In this document: positions 49,301 through 61,967 of the stretch, in pieces | How positions within the stretch are numbered: position 1 is the stretch's first letter | How the letters are laid out: each line of letters opens with the position of its first letter | Assembly (NCBI RefSeq): GCF_009834535.1 | Contig: NC_045707.1 | Span: 48,548,001-48,612,000, forward strand | Reading direction: 5' to 3' | Length of the DNA: 64,000 nt | Origin: Camelus ferus | Lineage: Eukaryota | Translations under genes and position numbers: made by a program | The notes under the pieces: model-generated | The model's input: the letters and a program-made list of their open reading frames with translations, nothing else | Told to the model about the DNA's origin: nothing | Databases searched by the model: none

Positions 49301-52300
49301 TTTTCCAGCTCAAGAGTCCGAAACAAAAAGTAGTCAGAAGCCCTAGCACTTCATGCCAGGCTCTGATGGGCAGGCCTGCATTTCTCACCACCATGTAGCA
49401 CTGTTTCAGTAGGTTCTAAGCAACTTTTACATAAACTCTTGGGAAAGAACCTGCTCATAAGCATGAGATTGCCTGTAGGTCAGGTACAATTTATATTGCA
49501 CTTGTCATTCGCATGCTTTGTTGCTGGAGCTGATTGTATCTGAGAACAAAAATCTGGCATAAGCCATTGCTCATGCATTTTTAATTTATGGACTCAAGAG
49601 TTTGGAATAACATTCAAAGTCACAGATGCTTATCTGAACCAAACCCAAAATATTTTGAGTTTTTCATATCAGTCATAACCATCAGAGAACTATAAAAAAA
49701 GAAAAAGAGCCTTTTGCCAAAAAAAATCCAAGTATAATTTACTTTTAATATTTAACTTGAGAAAAACTATCTCTAAATTTACAAATTATATCACATGTAT
49801 AGATAGATTCAAATGTATTTTTGCCTCAAAGAAACTTATATTAAAAATATGAACCCAAAATAATGAATAGGCCCCTTAAAGGGATTCACTCAATTATTTC
49901 AGGACATTTATAACCTACAAAATTTTAAAAATTTCTTACAAGGGCACAATTTCTAGGTATCAAAGAGGAAACCCCAGGGTACTTGAGATGGAACTTGGGA
50001 TATTAGGAATAAAGGGAAGTTTTCCAGGTGCTTTGGAAGATAATTCTAAATAATTCTAGTGGTAGACTAAAGCAATACGTAGCTTAGAACACAAAGCTAG
50101 CTGTATAAAACAGACAGATATACATTATGACAGATATGGCATAAAATTAGTGGAGGTCCAGTTCACACAGCTAAATAAATTTTATGGGATAAGGGAGGTA
50201 CAACTACAGAGTGACTCCAAAAAGTGGAGGCTTTCTATTACTAATGACCAGTTGAAGGAAGAAAGCAGCTTTGACTTCCTGTGAGCGATACTTCTGGCCT
50301 CTAGAAAGGGGAGGAAAGTAGTGTCCTCTGTGCTTTTGATCCAGCTTCAGAGTTGCACTGGCAAATAGAAGAGGGTTTTTGCTTTCTTCCTTCTTCTCCT
50401 CTCTTCTGCTCTCACAGAGCACTCTGAGGATGGCACAGGAACAGCTGTCAGGGCTGGGGCTTGAGCAGCTCAGCAGCTGATAGGCACAGGGAGATAAGGC
50501 ACAGATAGCTCTCACAGCCTCTTCCACTGCAACCACTCATACTACTTCTAAAGTAAGCGCTGGACACTCCCTTACGGTTGTGTAAAGACTGCAGTTGGTG
50601 ATGAATTCCTTTAACAGGCTTTGGGCCAACATGATAAAGCCAAGACTATAAAATTCACAGAAGTACTGCAAGAGAACAGGACCCACATTCTTTCTAGACA
50701 TGGAATGTTGAAAAATACATATACTCAATCCTCAAGGGACTTAGTTGTTTAGGAATATCATTCCTAGGTTGATTTTTTTCCCCCTTGGAGACTATTTTTA
50801 AGTGAATGTAAAACAAAAAAACAAACAAACAAAAAGGATTACTACCTCTCTAGGTTTGGTATTATTTGTTAGGAGAATAGGATGCTCCTCTCAGCAGACT
50901 CCCTCTCTTCCATCCACATTCTAAGGCAAAAGATCTGTTAAGGCTCATAAATGCTGTTAGGACAATTAATTAGCAAATGTAGTATTTTATGGCTATGCAT
51001 TTCCTTAAATAGGTAACTCAAAGAAATATTGCTTCTTGATTACACCTGATCACACAATCGAAGTATTATTCCATTTTTAAAATGAGATGTCTGATTTACT
51101 TAGGTCTTCTATGTCATATCAAGAATAAAGTTTAACTAAGGCTTCATTCAATAATCATTTACCAGAAAAGCTATAGAGAAGACAAAAATGCATTGAGGCT
51201 GTAGTTTTCTGTGAGAACTTGTAAATAATGCATTTGTAATCTGTATTTCCTTTGTCAACAGTGTTATGGACTTAGTAACCTGTACAGGTTTTCTATATAA
51301 GAGGTTAACATGTGTGTCTTTGTGTCTTTCCTACAACTTTGAGCCTATGAAGTGTCACGCCATCTGTGAACTGTCACCTGCTCAGTAAAGCCAGTTTAAA
51401 ACCATGGGATGGTTCAAGGGTGCCTATATATTACGTAACATTTCCAGTTGTTATTGTAGCAACATTTTGTCCTATACAGCATTTCAGTTCCTTGTGAAGT
51501 AACCTGTATTGTTATGGGATGCTTTGTCCCATAGTGATGACAATAAACCATGCTTAAGTGCTTCAAACACTGACTCCCCATTCCCTTTTGTCCTACCTGA
51601 AAGACACCTACCAAGCCCATTTTCTCCTTTCATTTAAGATTAAAAGGGGGAGGATATGCTGAAGAGGTCCGTCAGCTGTGCAACAGCGACGTCTAGAGGC
51701 GCAATGCCTTGATGGTGGCGAAAATCTCCCAAAGTTCAATGCTTTTGCCTCAAATCGTCTCGCATTATTCTGCTTATCTGAGAGCTGTCACAGCATTTAC
51801 CAAAAACTGCCTTTACTTTGAGAACGTGGGATATTTTTGATGTCTAGAAACCAAACTCCAAAGTTTCGGAAGCTTTATTACCTACTCTCTCTCTGTTTTC
51901 TCTTTGTGCGATTTAAAGGAATTGTGGATAAGTTGCTTTCTATTCATCAGCCAACCAGCGTAATAACACATTTGTGCATAGTCAGAACACAACGCCTTTG
52001 ATTTGCTTTGTCCTTAGGCGGAGGAAACGCTTGGAAAACAAGTTAAAATATAAGGAAGAAGAAAAGAAAAAAAAAAAAAAGGAATCCTAACGCTCTTGCT
52101 TTTCTGGGTTTGCAAATGTGTGTAGCTCAGGCACCAGATGATTCATCCCCTGAAAGCCTGAGCTCTCCATTTGTTTTGTAGATTTCACTACCCCTCTTTG
52201 TTCTGCTTCAAACCTTTCAGAGGGCTGAAATGCATTATTACCTTGTTAAATCTCAACCAAAATCATTTCTACAGCCTGAAGCTGTTTTGACGTGGGTAGA

Positions 52301-52368
52301 GCATCTCACACACAAAAGAATTGCTTTTGTTCCCAGAAGCTCTCATAGGCTGGGTGGCCTTTGCACCG

Positions 52369-52414
52369 AGCCAATCAGAAGCTAGTTGTTAGGCTTGGCT
52401 GGCTATTTTTAGCC
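52369..52414. promoter_or_regulatory. Candidate NF-Y (CCAAT) plus MEF2 module
   Basis: AGCCAATCAG at 52369-52378 and CTATTTTTAG at 52403-52412 in non-repeat sequence; motif evidence only. Confidence 0.4.
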
Positions 52415-53368
52415 TCACTCACAAAAAATACTTGGTCTTGGAGAGGGTAGGCTGCAGAATGAACGTAGCATAGTTAAAGCAAACAGAAAAATACATTTTG
52501 CATGTCACGGCGTGTTTGGCATTTTTCCTTTAATTACTCATTCGCTGTTATATTAGCATGTGTTTTTGTAAACAGTAAATGTAGGAATAGAACTGCATTC
52601 CCAGATCTGAGTTATCCTTGTAGCAAAGAGGCAGAAAGTCTAAGAAACAGTCAATTTTTCATTTTTTTAATCCAAAAGCATCTAGTTATTTCACAAACAC
52701 ACAGAAATGCCAGTTATCATATAGAAAATACCGAGGGTTTTTTCCCCCCAAAATTCCTATGAATTTTCATTTTGAGTTAATAGAAATTTTCAATGACTTG
52801 CTCATCATGAATTATAAAGTCATAAAGTCATCCTTTTCCCTTGACCTTTAAAGATGTATATAATTGTCCAAACGAGTATGCACATGGTGTGCAGCAATTA
52901 AAATCATAAATATTCAGTGTGTTTTATGTGTGGAGATAAAGCAGTCTTTTGATCGTGTCCTTTCATTTGAGCCATTACTCAGTGAGCACAAGAAGTATTT
53001 TTCCCAAATGCACTTGAAGTGACAAAGCGTTAGAACACACAGTTTGCTAATTATCCAGTATTACCAGGAAATGAAGGTTGCCAAATGGATAAAGTTGGGC
53101 CCTAAGGTATGGTTCCATCAGCCATCCATTTAACTGGGCAAGAAGGCAGAGCCAAACTGAACCAAAATTTCATAACATAAGGCAATTTTATTAGCAGGAA
53201 AGTAGACCTCTTCCTAAGGGAGAAAAAGAAAAAGGACCAACTCTATGCCTAATTCTTAAAAATATGTTTTGGGTTGTGGATTTTCCCAACATTTATTACT
53301 CAGGCTTGGACTGTGACTTCATTTGTTGTTTGCTTGTTTTACAAAAAATCCCTTTTTACTTCTGGTTG

Positions 53369-53893
53369 TGTTACCGAATCCAAACTCATTCTGCTTACTG
53401 AACGATAGGCCAATAAATTGGGAGATGAGGTGCTGGGGCAAGGAATAATGACTTTATTTGGAAAGCTGGCAGACCCAGAAGATGGGATACCAGTGTCTTG
53501 GTGAACCATCTTCCCCAGGTCAGAATTCAGCTCCCCTTTCCTAAAAAGGGGAGGAGGTGTGGTCGGTTGGTGCAAATCTCTTGGTGTCAGAATCCTTTTT
53601 TCTTGCAGCTGTCCATGTAGGGTAGGTCATGGTGTCCCCGTAAACTTCCAACAAGACAAATGTTATTTTCTATTTTGCAACTTTTTATCTTTATATGAAT
53701 GGGAAAGGGGAAAGTATTATCCCCTTAAAGATCAGCGCCTTAAAAAATAGGCTATCTTGTATATTTCAGGCTATAGGTAACATTCTTCTACAAAAGGTAC
53801 AGAACCAGCATGACTAAGCACAGGAAACAGAGCACAGGTTAGAGCCAAAGGAGCAACTCTGATACGGAGTCAGATTTGTTCTTCCCTCCTACA
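53369..53893 (-). mobile_element. ERV1-class solo LTR, 525 bp
   Basis: TG...CA ends, near-TSD GTTG / ATTG, AATAAA on the minus strand near 53455. Confidence 0.8.
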
Positions 53894-56800
53894 ATTGCAA
53901 GCCATCAGAATGCCACTTAGACATATGCTGACAGGGAACGTGTATCATGGGTATATCCAGAAAACTGGAAGTCTTCAGGAAGGAGAAAATATTTAAGATC
54001 CAAGCCTGGGACTGCAGAAGTGGTTTGCTGTGGTCTGCTGTAAGGAGGGTGGCCAATATGTGGTGGGCATAAGTCACCATGAAAAATTCTGCCAGAGTGA
54101 AGAGAGCACAAAGGAGTTTTGGGAAGAAACTTCCTTATTTTGAGCAGTACAGAATACAGTGTTGAGGGGAAATGTCACCTGGGTTTCTGAGGATGAATTT
54201 GAATAGTTGAAATAAGGCACTTTGGGAAGAGGTATCTTTTTTTTCCCCCCCAAAATCAATTTGGTGCACACTGGAGCATTTTTAAGAAGATAGCTATACA
54301 ATAGCTCCCAGGAGTTTTGCTAGGTTTTTGTAGACAACCAGCTGCTAACAATTTAGTTTAATATGCAGTCTTAGTAAATTAAAGGAATCTGATAAATTGA
54401 GACCCAGCACGATTCTTATTTGTTTACTATGGCATAGCATGTTGAACCCTAGCAGAAATTAACCCATTGCCATTTTTCTAAGCAAGATCTGTTTTATTTT
54501 CTCACTTTTCTGTACCAGGTGTTTTAGCTCCTAAGTTGGTCATCTGAACAATTCCTTAGTTTTATACTTGTCTGCTTAAAAAATAAATACATAATAATAA
54601 TATTTTTCAAATCATGTTTATTTCTAGTTTTCTCTATGTGTTTGTGTTAAAACTCCTTGAAGACAAAAATAAATGAAACGAAATAAAACAAGAGTTTGCT
54701 ACTCCTTTTGTATCTTAACCTCTCTAACCTAGTATTTGGTTAGCCTTAAATCTGGATGGTATGTGTTTTGTTTTCTGTGGGAACTGAGGCATTTGTGGGA
54801 GGAGAAACATGCAAATTTGCATTTAACTGCATCTCCATGGGAATGGTGACCAGAAAAGGGAAAGGATCTTGCTAGATACCTAAAAGACAGATATTAACAG
54901 ACTGGAGAACCAAAACTTAACACTGCTTATTTCATTTTTCTGTATCTGCATATGATCCTGTTAACCTGTGATCTTAGTTGTAAAAAGTGCATGGTTACTA
55001 ATTGATGGATAATCATTCCAACATGAATTGTGAAATGTTGAAATAACTAGATTTTACCACTAATACTTCCAAAGGTATAGAGCCACTAAGCCAGACACAA
55101 TATAACAGGTCAAATTCTGTTCTCCAACAGTGAGGTAGACGTTTTCTTAGAGTAACAGAGCTTCCTGTGTTTTTGGCAAAACTGTGAAGTATGCCTAGTT
55201 CCTCATGGGTACTCGGGCATCTCCTGCCTTCTTCTCACCTCATGAATGCAGTGCTTTCAAGCTTTCTTTTAATTCTCCTTTCTGTGTAGCCTCACTTCAG
55301 ACCAAGACGACCCAATTCCCCAAACACTCCTCTCCCACCTTCCAAATATGCCAAGTAGGAGTAAATAGGAAATCCTTTTTTCTCTCTGTTTAGATTGAAT
55401 TGAAAACATGGTAGCGTTTCCTAAAATTGTTCACTATCAGTTTGTGTATGTGTCTGTGGGTGTGTGTGTTACTGTGCCACTGAACACAGGTGTTCAGTGT
55501 GTGCCACAGAACAGATTCATTGTGCTCCTGGGTTGTCATCTTTTCAATCTGATTAATTTGTGGTCTCATAGAAAATCTATGTGGATTACGTTAGCTTTGA
55601 TGAGCCCATTGTGCAGAAAGTCAGTCTGTATAAACATTCTTCTGGGCATAACAGTTCCACCTTAACAGGCTTAATAATGGCCTTTTAAATATCTTGTGAA
55701 TGGTTCACTGCTGGGCAGACAATTTGTGCAATATTAATATGGAAACTGTAAAATATGAGAAGAAAATTAGAATCATATGTGTAATTTACTAGATTAGTTG
55801 TGAGTAAGGTAACTTTCTACAAAATTTCCAGAATGTCGAGGAAATCAGAATCTTTAATGACATGAGGGTATCCTAAGGTGGGACCAGGGGAAGTTTGGGG
55901 GGAAGGATTTAAGCTGAAGTATAACTTTGTGCAAGGATGAATGACATTTGTAAATTCTAGAAATTTATAATGCAGTGAAGCCTACAAATTGAAACAACAA
56001 CAATTTTAAAACAAACTGTCTAAATCAACCTTTTAGCTAGAATGAGGTAAATGCTGTGGGAAAGATTTTATTGTAATAAATAATTTAGGAGTAAATAGAT
56101 GTTACTAGAAGTTATACAACTATGAAATGAAGAAAAAGAAAAAAATCACTTATCATAGAAACAAATGAAATATGAAGTTTAAAATAGAATGTGTAATTGG
56201 AATTTGTACTGCCTTAGTCTTCTGGATATTATCAAAAGATATATTTGCTGGTGTATACTCTAAAATATGTTTCCCAAATGAGAAAATAATTGTTTTTACA
56301 TCATATTGTATATTATGTTTTTGAAAATAGATGTTGGAGAGTATAAAAATAGACCTCAGAGTAACAAAACAAAATCCCAGTGTTCTTTGTGTTTTTAATA
56401 AAACAGAGCTTACCTTTATGGCTTTTACACTAAGGAAAAATATGAGAAAATCGTATGTAAAGGTGAGAAAAAACTTAGATGGAGTAAAAACATGTAAATA
56501 ATTTTGAAGTGCTGTGTAAGTAAAGCAAATCATTTTAACAGTATGAAGGAATCTGTAAATAGTAGTTAAGCACTCTTTTTCATTGGCATCCACAGTAATT
56601 AATCGTGAAAATTCATCATACAGTTAGATGTGATCATTCAAAAGTTGTGTGGCTGGATGTCTGTCACATAGCTATGAATCTGACAAACCGCAAAGATTAT
56701 AGAGCTCTTCAGTGAGGTCCTCCTGTCCCTCTAGAATGTGTCCGGAATAAGTGAGTGGAAAGCAACAGCATGAAGTACCACCGTTAGTCGTCTTCATCAT

Positions 56801-58439
56801 AGCTGTATGCCTAAGGGGTCCTATTTACAGCTGACCCTTGCAGTGGTAGCTCGCTCCTTTTCCATGCATTCTGAAAGCCTTTGCAATTTCTAAGTGAGGA
56901 GATTTGTTGGTTACTACTGACAGAACTAACAAAAGAATGCTTTTAAACGCCCATGTCAAGCACAGACTATTGGGAAAATGCTGTGAAAATCACTTAACCT
57001 TTTTTTTCCCCTCTGTCCTTCTGTGCAATCGCTAAAAGTAGAACAACAACCCTAGTTTGTCTTGACATCATGACTTAGGTTTGTTTTGAAAAGGCCCTTT
57101 GTTAATCAATCTGTTTTCCATTTGGGTGTGAGTACTCACATCCATGGCAAGGTCCTGCTTTGTTCCTTTGTTTACTTACTGAAGTGTTAATGCTATGCTT
57201 CCTTTGGTTAATATAATAAAATGCATGATTGAATATTTTATAGGACCCATCACAGTAGGACAGGTGCCTGTGGTGCCAGAGTGCATCCTTCAAATGAGCA
57301 CATGTGCTATCCAGCAAATTACTCCTGAAAAGAGGCATATGCACAGGCTTCTTGAAAATCTCACAGCTGTGGTGCCCAGATGTTGGCTGACATGTGCCCC
57401 TGGGGTCAGCGTGGGAAAAAGAGTCATGATGCTTTGTGGTGGACTCTATATTAAACTTTACATCAGTAGCAAAACACAATTCAAATTGATGATGGATGAG
57501 GTGGCTTGAGAGCTGTTGAGTATTACTTTGTCACCAATGAAAGGCATTACTCTTTATGCAGTGGGCAACCCCACTAACCTTTGGGACTGAGTCTCCTTCA
57601 TTAAAATCATCCCAGACTTTGTGCAAATTTTGCTTTAAATGTAGTCATTGGTATCAAAAGACAATGAGATAATATGGGAAACTGGACACTGAAGCATCTT
57701 CTGACAAAATATACAAGGTGTAGACACTCTAGGTGTTAAAGGCTGAGAAGTACACGATGTTCATTTTAATCTTCAAACTTTCACTCAATTTGTTGAACAC
57801 TCTTAGAACTAAGAAATCTGGAAGAGAAATCAAAAACCTCTAATCCAATCCATTTTAGAGCTCCCCTCTTTTTGCCATTTTTATCTTTCTTCATTTAATA
57901 TCATTTCTCAGGAGTATCAGGAGTTGTATAGTATGTTCACAAATTGGATTTCATGAATTATACTGTCACCAAACAGTATACTCATAGCCCAAGGCTAACG
58001 CAGTCCACTCAGCTTGGAGAGCAAGAGAGGAAGGCTGCTCAAGAGAGTCATCCCTAACATTTAGAAGGAATTTTTCTTCTGTGGTTTTTTTTTTTTTTTT
58101 TTCCCTAGGAGAAGAAAAGGCCAGGTCCAGCAGACTACTGGTATAGCTCCTGATACGGTTAAGTTAGTTAATTTAGGCAGTAAGAAGGATCATGAATTAC
58201 AAAGACCATGCAAGGAAGTGATCACAGAGCTTTCCATGATTGAGAAGGATATCCCATTTCCTACAAGAGATGTAGATATAAAGATGTTTATAAACAGAGC
58301 CCTGTGGTGCATGTGTTGCTTCCTATTGGTTTAGGCATTTGGACTAAAAAGGGGGGAGTTGGAGAACATTCAGAGGTACACATTCCTTCCAAACTATTTC
58401 TGACTTTTCTAAGGCTACTTTAGGTATACTCTTTATATT

Positions 58440-59110
58440 CATTCACCCGTTCAACAGGAGATACCATGTAAAGATGAAAAGACATGCACTAGGCTTGAGA
58501 ATTACTTATGACTGGGATATAGATTATTGTGGAAACATTTACAAAATATGATATCCAGTGCTTTAAGGAGCACATGTTTGCTACACAATATGGGCACTGG
58601 GCAGGAATACTTAAGTGAGAGTAGATTGTGCGAAGCCGTTAAACTAAGACCTTGAGGGTAAGTAGGTATATAATAACAGGGTGGTTTGGTTGAATGGGGA
58701 CAGAGAGGACATCCAGGCAAAGGGAGCTGCTTGTGCAAAGGCCCAGATGAAAAATATTCAGAGAAAATAATTAACTGGGAATAGCCAGTGACAGGGAGTA
58801 GAAGTGGCATTAAATAAAATGATTTGAAGGTGAACCCACATCCTAAAAAGCCTCATCTGTGATGCTGTAGATAGGGTGACCACGTAATTTATAGTCTAAA
58901 CCGGGACACTTTTGAGAGACATAGAGGGGGTGCTATTAATAATTCCCCTGATGAGAGTGTAAACCAGGAATATCTTTGTTGAGCTGAGATCCACGGTTAT
59001 CTTAGCGATAGGCAAAGGGTATCACTGAAGGATTTTGAAGAGGAAAATGATGATATAAGATGTAGATGTTAGACTAATAATACTGATACAAGCATGAAGG
59101 CTGGATTAAA
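58440..59110 (-). mobile_element. L2 LINE interrupted by MER94
   Basis: attcattcacccgttcaaca; ccaggcaaagggagctgcttgtgcaaaggccc; cactgaaggattttgaag. Confidence 0.65.
58872..59004 (+). mobile_element. MER94 (hAT-Blackjack)
   Basis: TAGGGTGACCACGTAATTTATAGTCTAAACCGGGACACTTTTGAGAG matches the MER94 start; expected ~130 bp length. Confidence 0.88.
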
Positions 59111-60084
59111 GTTCCAGACATTGAGAACTAGTGTTTAGAAGGGGCTTTTGCTGCTGACATCAACCTATCAACCTGCGGGCCCATCTTTCCCCAGGTGGCT
59201 AAAGATAAACTCAATTGGGTCAGTGAACTCATGAGGCAACTCTTTTACCCCTGTCAGATGTTCAAGAAGTGATGTTGCTTTGCTCTTTCGAGTCCACAGA
59301 AACATAAATTGCTGGTGAGCTAGCTCGTCAGCAAAACAGGGCTCTTCACTTACTTGTCTTGACATTTTACTCAAGGAAAAATATTGGATAAAGGACTGAG
59401 AAACTGGCAAATCACTACTACTCTTTCTTTCTCTGTGGTCCCAGAGCACTAATATTTACGTAGCTCAGCTGAGTCAGTGATGTGCATCCCGTTGAATCCC
59501 TGCACGATGTTCTCTGCTTTAATGGGCTGATGGGACCACAAAAAGGAGCTGGGGAGAGAGGCTGGGGGGCTGCAGGGCACATTAAAACTTCAAGATAATC
59601 ACTCTTGTAAAAGCAGAGGGGCCTGAAGGGAGTGCAGCTGTTTCTGCTTCTGCATGCACTGTTTGCAGAGTCAAACTTTCGGCTTTATTTCCTCCATCTT
59701 CTAGATTCTGATTTGTGATTTGAAGTTTTACCAGCAGAGGAATCCTGGGTCTTGGAGGCTCCTCAGTTTTATATTTGCTTTTTTTGTTCTTAGATATTGA
59801 CTAGCTTTCCTGATGACTCATTTTCACATCGTATTTTACATTTTTCTTGTTGAGCTATACATTTTACATTTCCCTGAGGCAAAATAACCCTAGTCAAAGT
59901 TCTTATAAAACAGTTTGTGTACATACCAGACCAGTATAAATAACATTATGCTTTTAGACCCTTAGCCCTTTCTAAATGAGTACTGATTCTCATGTTAATG
60001 TATTTTAAATTACCCTTGATAAAACAAAATTTTTTGAGCATGCTGTTATTCTAAAAAGTATTCTCTCCATGTTAAGAATTCCCA

Positions 60085-60630
60085 TTTCCATTCATTCATG
60101 TATTAAACAGTTATTGTTGAGTATCTGTCATGCCCTTGGCACTGTGTAAAACCCTGGGCTCACTGTGATTTAAAAGATAAAATTCTTATTCTTAAAGACT
60201 GTACAATTTATTGGAGGTAAAATGGGGGAGGTTAACGGAAGGAGTGTAAATAGAGGCTATTTATCTGTGGCAGTCGTTCTCAAAGGGTGGTCTCAGTCCC
60301 AGCAGCATCTGTAGCACCAGGAAACTTGTTAAAAATACAGATTATGGAGTCTGTCCAAAATCTGTTGAACCAGAAACTCTGGGTTTGGGCCCAGCAGTTT
60401 TTGCTTTAACAAGCCCATGCTTAACTCTGAAACTTGCTCATTTGAGAACCGCCAAACTATAATATAAGATGTTAAGTGTTGGGTGGTATGGGAGAACATG
60501 TGCAGCTGTGTGGGGTCAGGGAGAACTTCTTAAAGAAGTTATTTCTAAACGGAGAATTGAAGAATACGTAGGAATTGGACAGGCAAAGTGCAGGCGGGAT
60601 TGGGGAGAAATCAAGTCCAAGGAGAACATG
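60085..60630 (-). mobile_element. L2 LINE 3' end interrupted by MER5A
   Basis: cattcattcatgtattaaacagttattgttgagtatctg...; resumes ggggtcagggagaacttct...gaagaatacgtaggaatt. Confidence 0.7.
60271..60453 (+). mobile_element. MER5A (hAT-Charlie)
   Basis: cagtcgttctcaaagggtggtc...cagcagcatc...aacttgttaaaaatacagatt...tttgagaacc. Confidence 0.85.
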
Positions 60631-61050
60631 TACTGAAACCGACTAGAATGGACAAATAACAGAGCTTACTCAGAATTCAGGAGGAATTCAGGGAGGCTGG
60701 CACTTTGAATAGTGGAGGGTGGAGACTGTTTACATCTCTCATCCAGGGACAGGCAAAGCCTACTGTCACATCTACAGACAGCAGGCTGGTGAAAACCACA
60801 GCTGCTGTCAGGGATAACAGGTAGGTTTTCACATCAGGAAGGTATGTCAGGGTAAAGCCAGTGGGCAAAGAGGCGCAACTGGGAGCATGGAGTTAGGGAG
60901 CCTCACGATCCATCTAGGCAGACTGGCAGAAAGTCTGTAGGAAGGATGATCCAGAAAACACGTGTGAGCTCAAATTAGTGTTAGGTAGTTAGATAAGTGG
61001 GGGCACTGGGCGGATAAGATGGAGCAGAAGGAGGACGGTCCGGAAGATGG

Positions 61051-61535
61051 TGTTAGGCCCACTTTCAGCATAAAGGGGCTTTCCTTCCTTTAAATGAGTG
61101 CCAGCAAGAAACCGGTTAGAACCTGACAGCCACAACTGCATGGTAGCAACAAGGACCTAACCAGATGTGGCCCAATGCTCATTGTAATATAATTAGCATT
61201 GCCGCTTGACCCTTCCCCCGTGGGTTTTTCTGTGTGCATCACGGGTAGGGACATGCACAGAAGCAGACGAGTGTGACTAAGCACTCCAGGGGCAAGAGCC
61301 ATCAATCAGTCAAGAGACCCCCTCTCAGCCGGGGTATAAGAGAAGGGGCAAACAAAGGCCACAGCTATCCTCCCTTGGATCAGCCCGCCTCGCATTCTTG
61401 GAGGCGTACTTTTGCTCTGCTAACAAAAATCTTTAAAATCTTTCACTACACAATGCTTCTGTCTCCCATCTGCATTCTTCTCTTTTGGGTAAGACAAGAA
61501 CCGAGACCTTTTTCCCTTCCCCTTTTGGAGTAACA
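61051..61535 (+). mobile_element. ERV1-class solo LTR, 485 bp
   Basis: TGTTA...TAACA inverted ends, near-TSD ATGG / CTGG, TATA-like gggtataag near 61333. Confidence 0.8.
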
Positions 61536-61557
61536 CTGGGACTCCTCAAGACGATGG

Positions 61558-61967
61558 TGTCTTTGTTTGCTAGGCCTGCCATAACAAAAGACCACAAACA
61601 CGGTGGCTTAACCAGCAGAAATTTGTTTTCTCACAGTTCTGGAGGCTAGAAGTTCAAGGTCATGGTGTTGGCAGGGTTGGTTTCTTCGAGGTCTCTCTCC
61701 TTGGCTTGCAAATGGCCGTCTTCTTGCTGGGTCCGCACCTCGCAGGATCTTTCCTCTGTACAGGCACATCCTAGTGTTCCTTTGTGAGTCCTGATTTCCT
61801 CTTCTTACAAGGACTCCAGTCATATTGGACTAGGGCCTACCCCAGTGGCCTCGTTTTAGCTTAATTATCTCTTTAAAGACCAATATCTAAACACACTCAC
61901 ACTCTGATGTACTAGAGGTTAGAGCTTCAGTATATGCCTTGGGAAGGACACAGCTCAGCCCATAACA
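61558..61967 (-). mobile_element. MLT1B-type MaLR solo LTR
   Basis: ctgccataacaaaagaccacaaac...tctcacagttctggaggctagaagt...ggacacagctcagcccataaca. Confidence 0.9.

Noticed and set aside
51657..51713. Short ATG-initiated ORF (MLKRSVSCATATSRGAMP) in the CpG patch
   Set aside because: Only 18 codons with no recognisable similarity; a CTCF-like site is a simpler explanation for the CpGs.
56153..56593. Longest ORF (146 aa, hydrophobic)
   Set aside because: F/I/L/K/T-rich composition expected from AT-rich antisense sequence; no recognisable domain or exon structure.
58085..58185. Exon with a T-run acceptor (ccctag|) and GCA|gtaaga donor
   Set aside because: 71 nt, weak donor, no coding signal; poly(T) followed by AG is common by chance.
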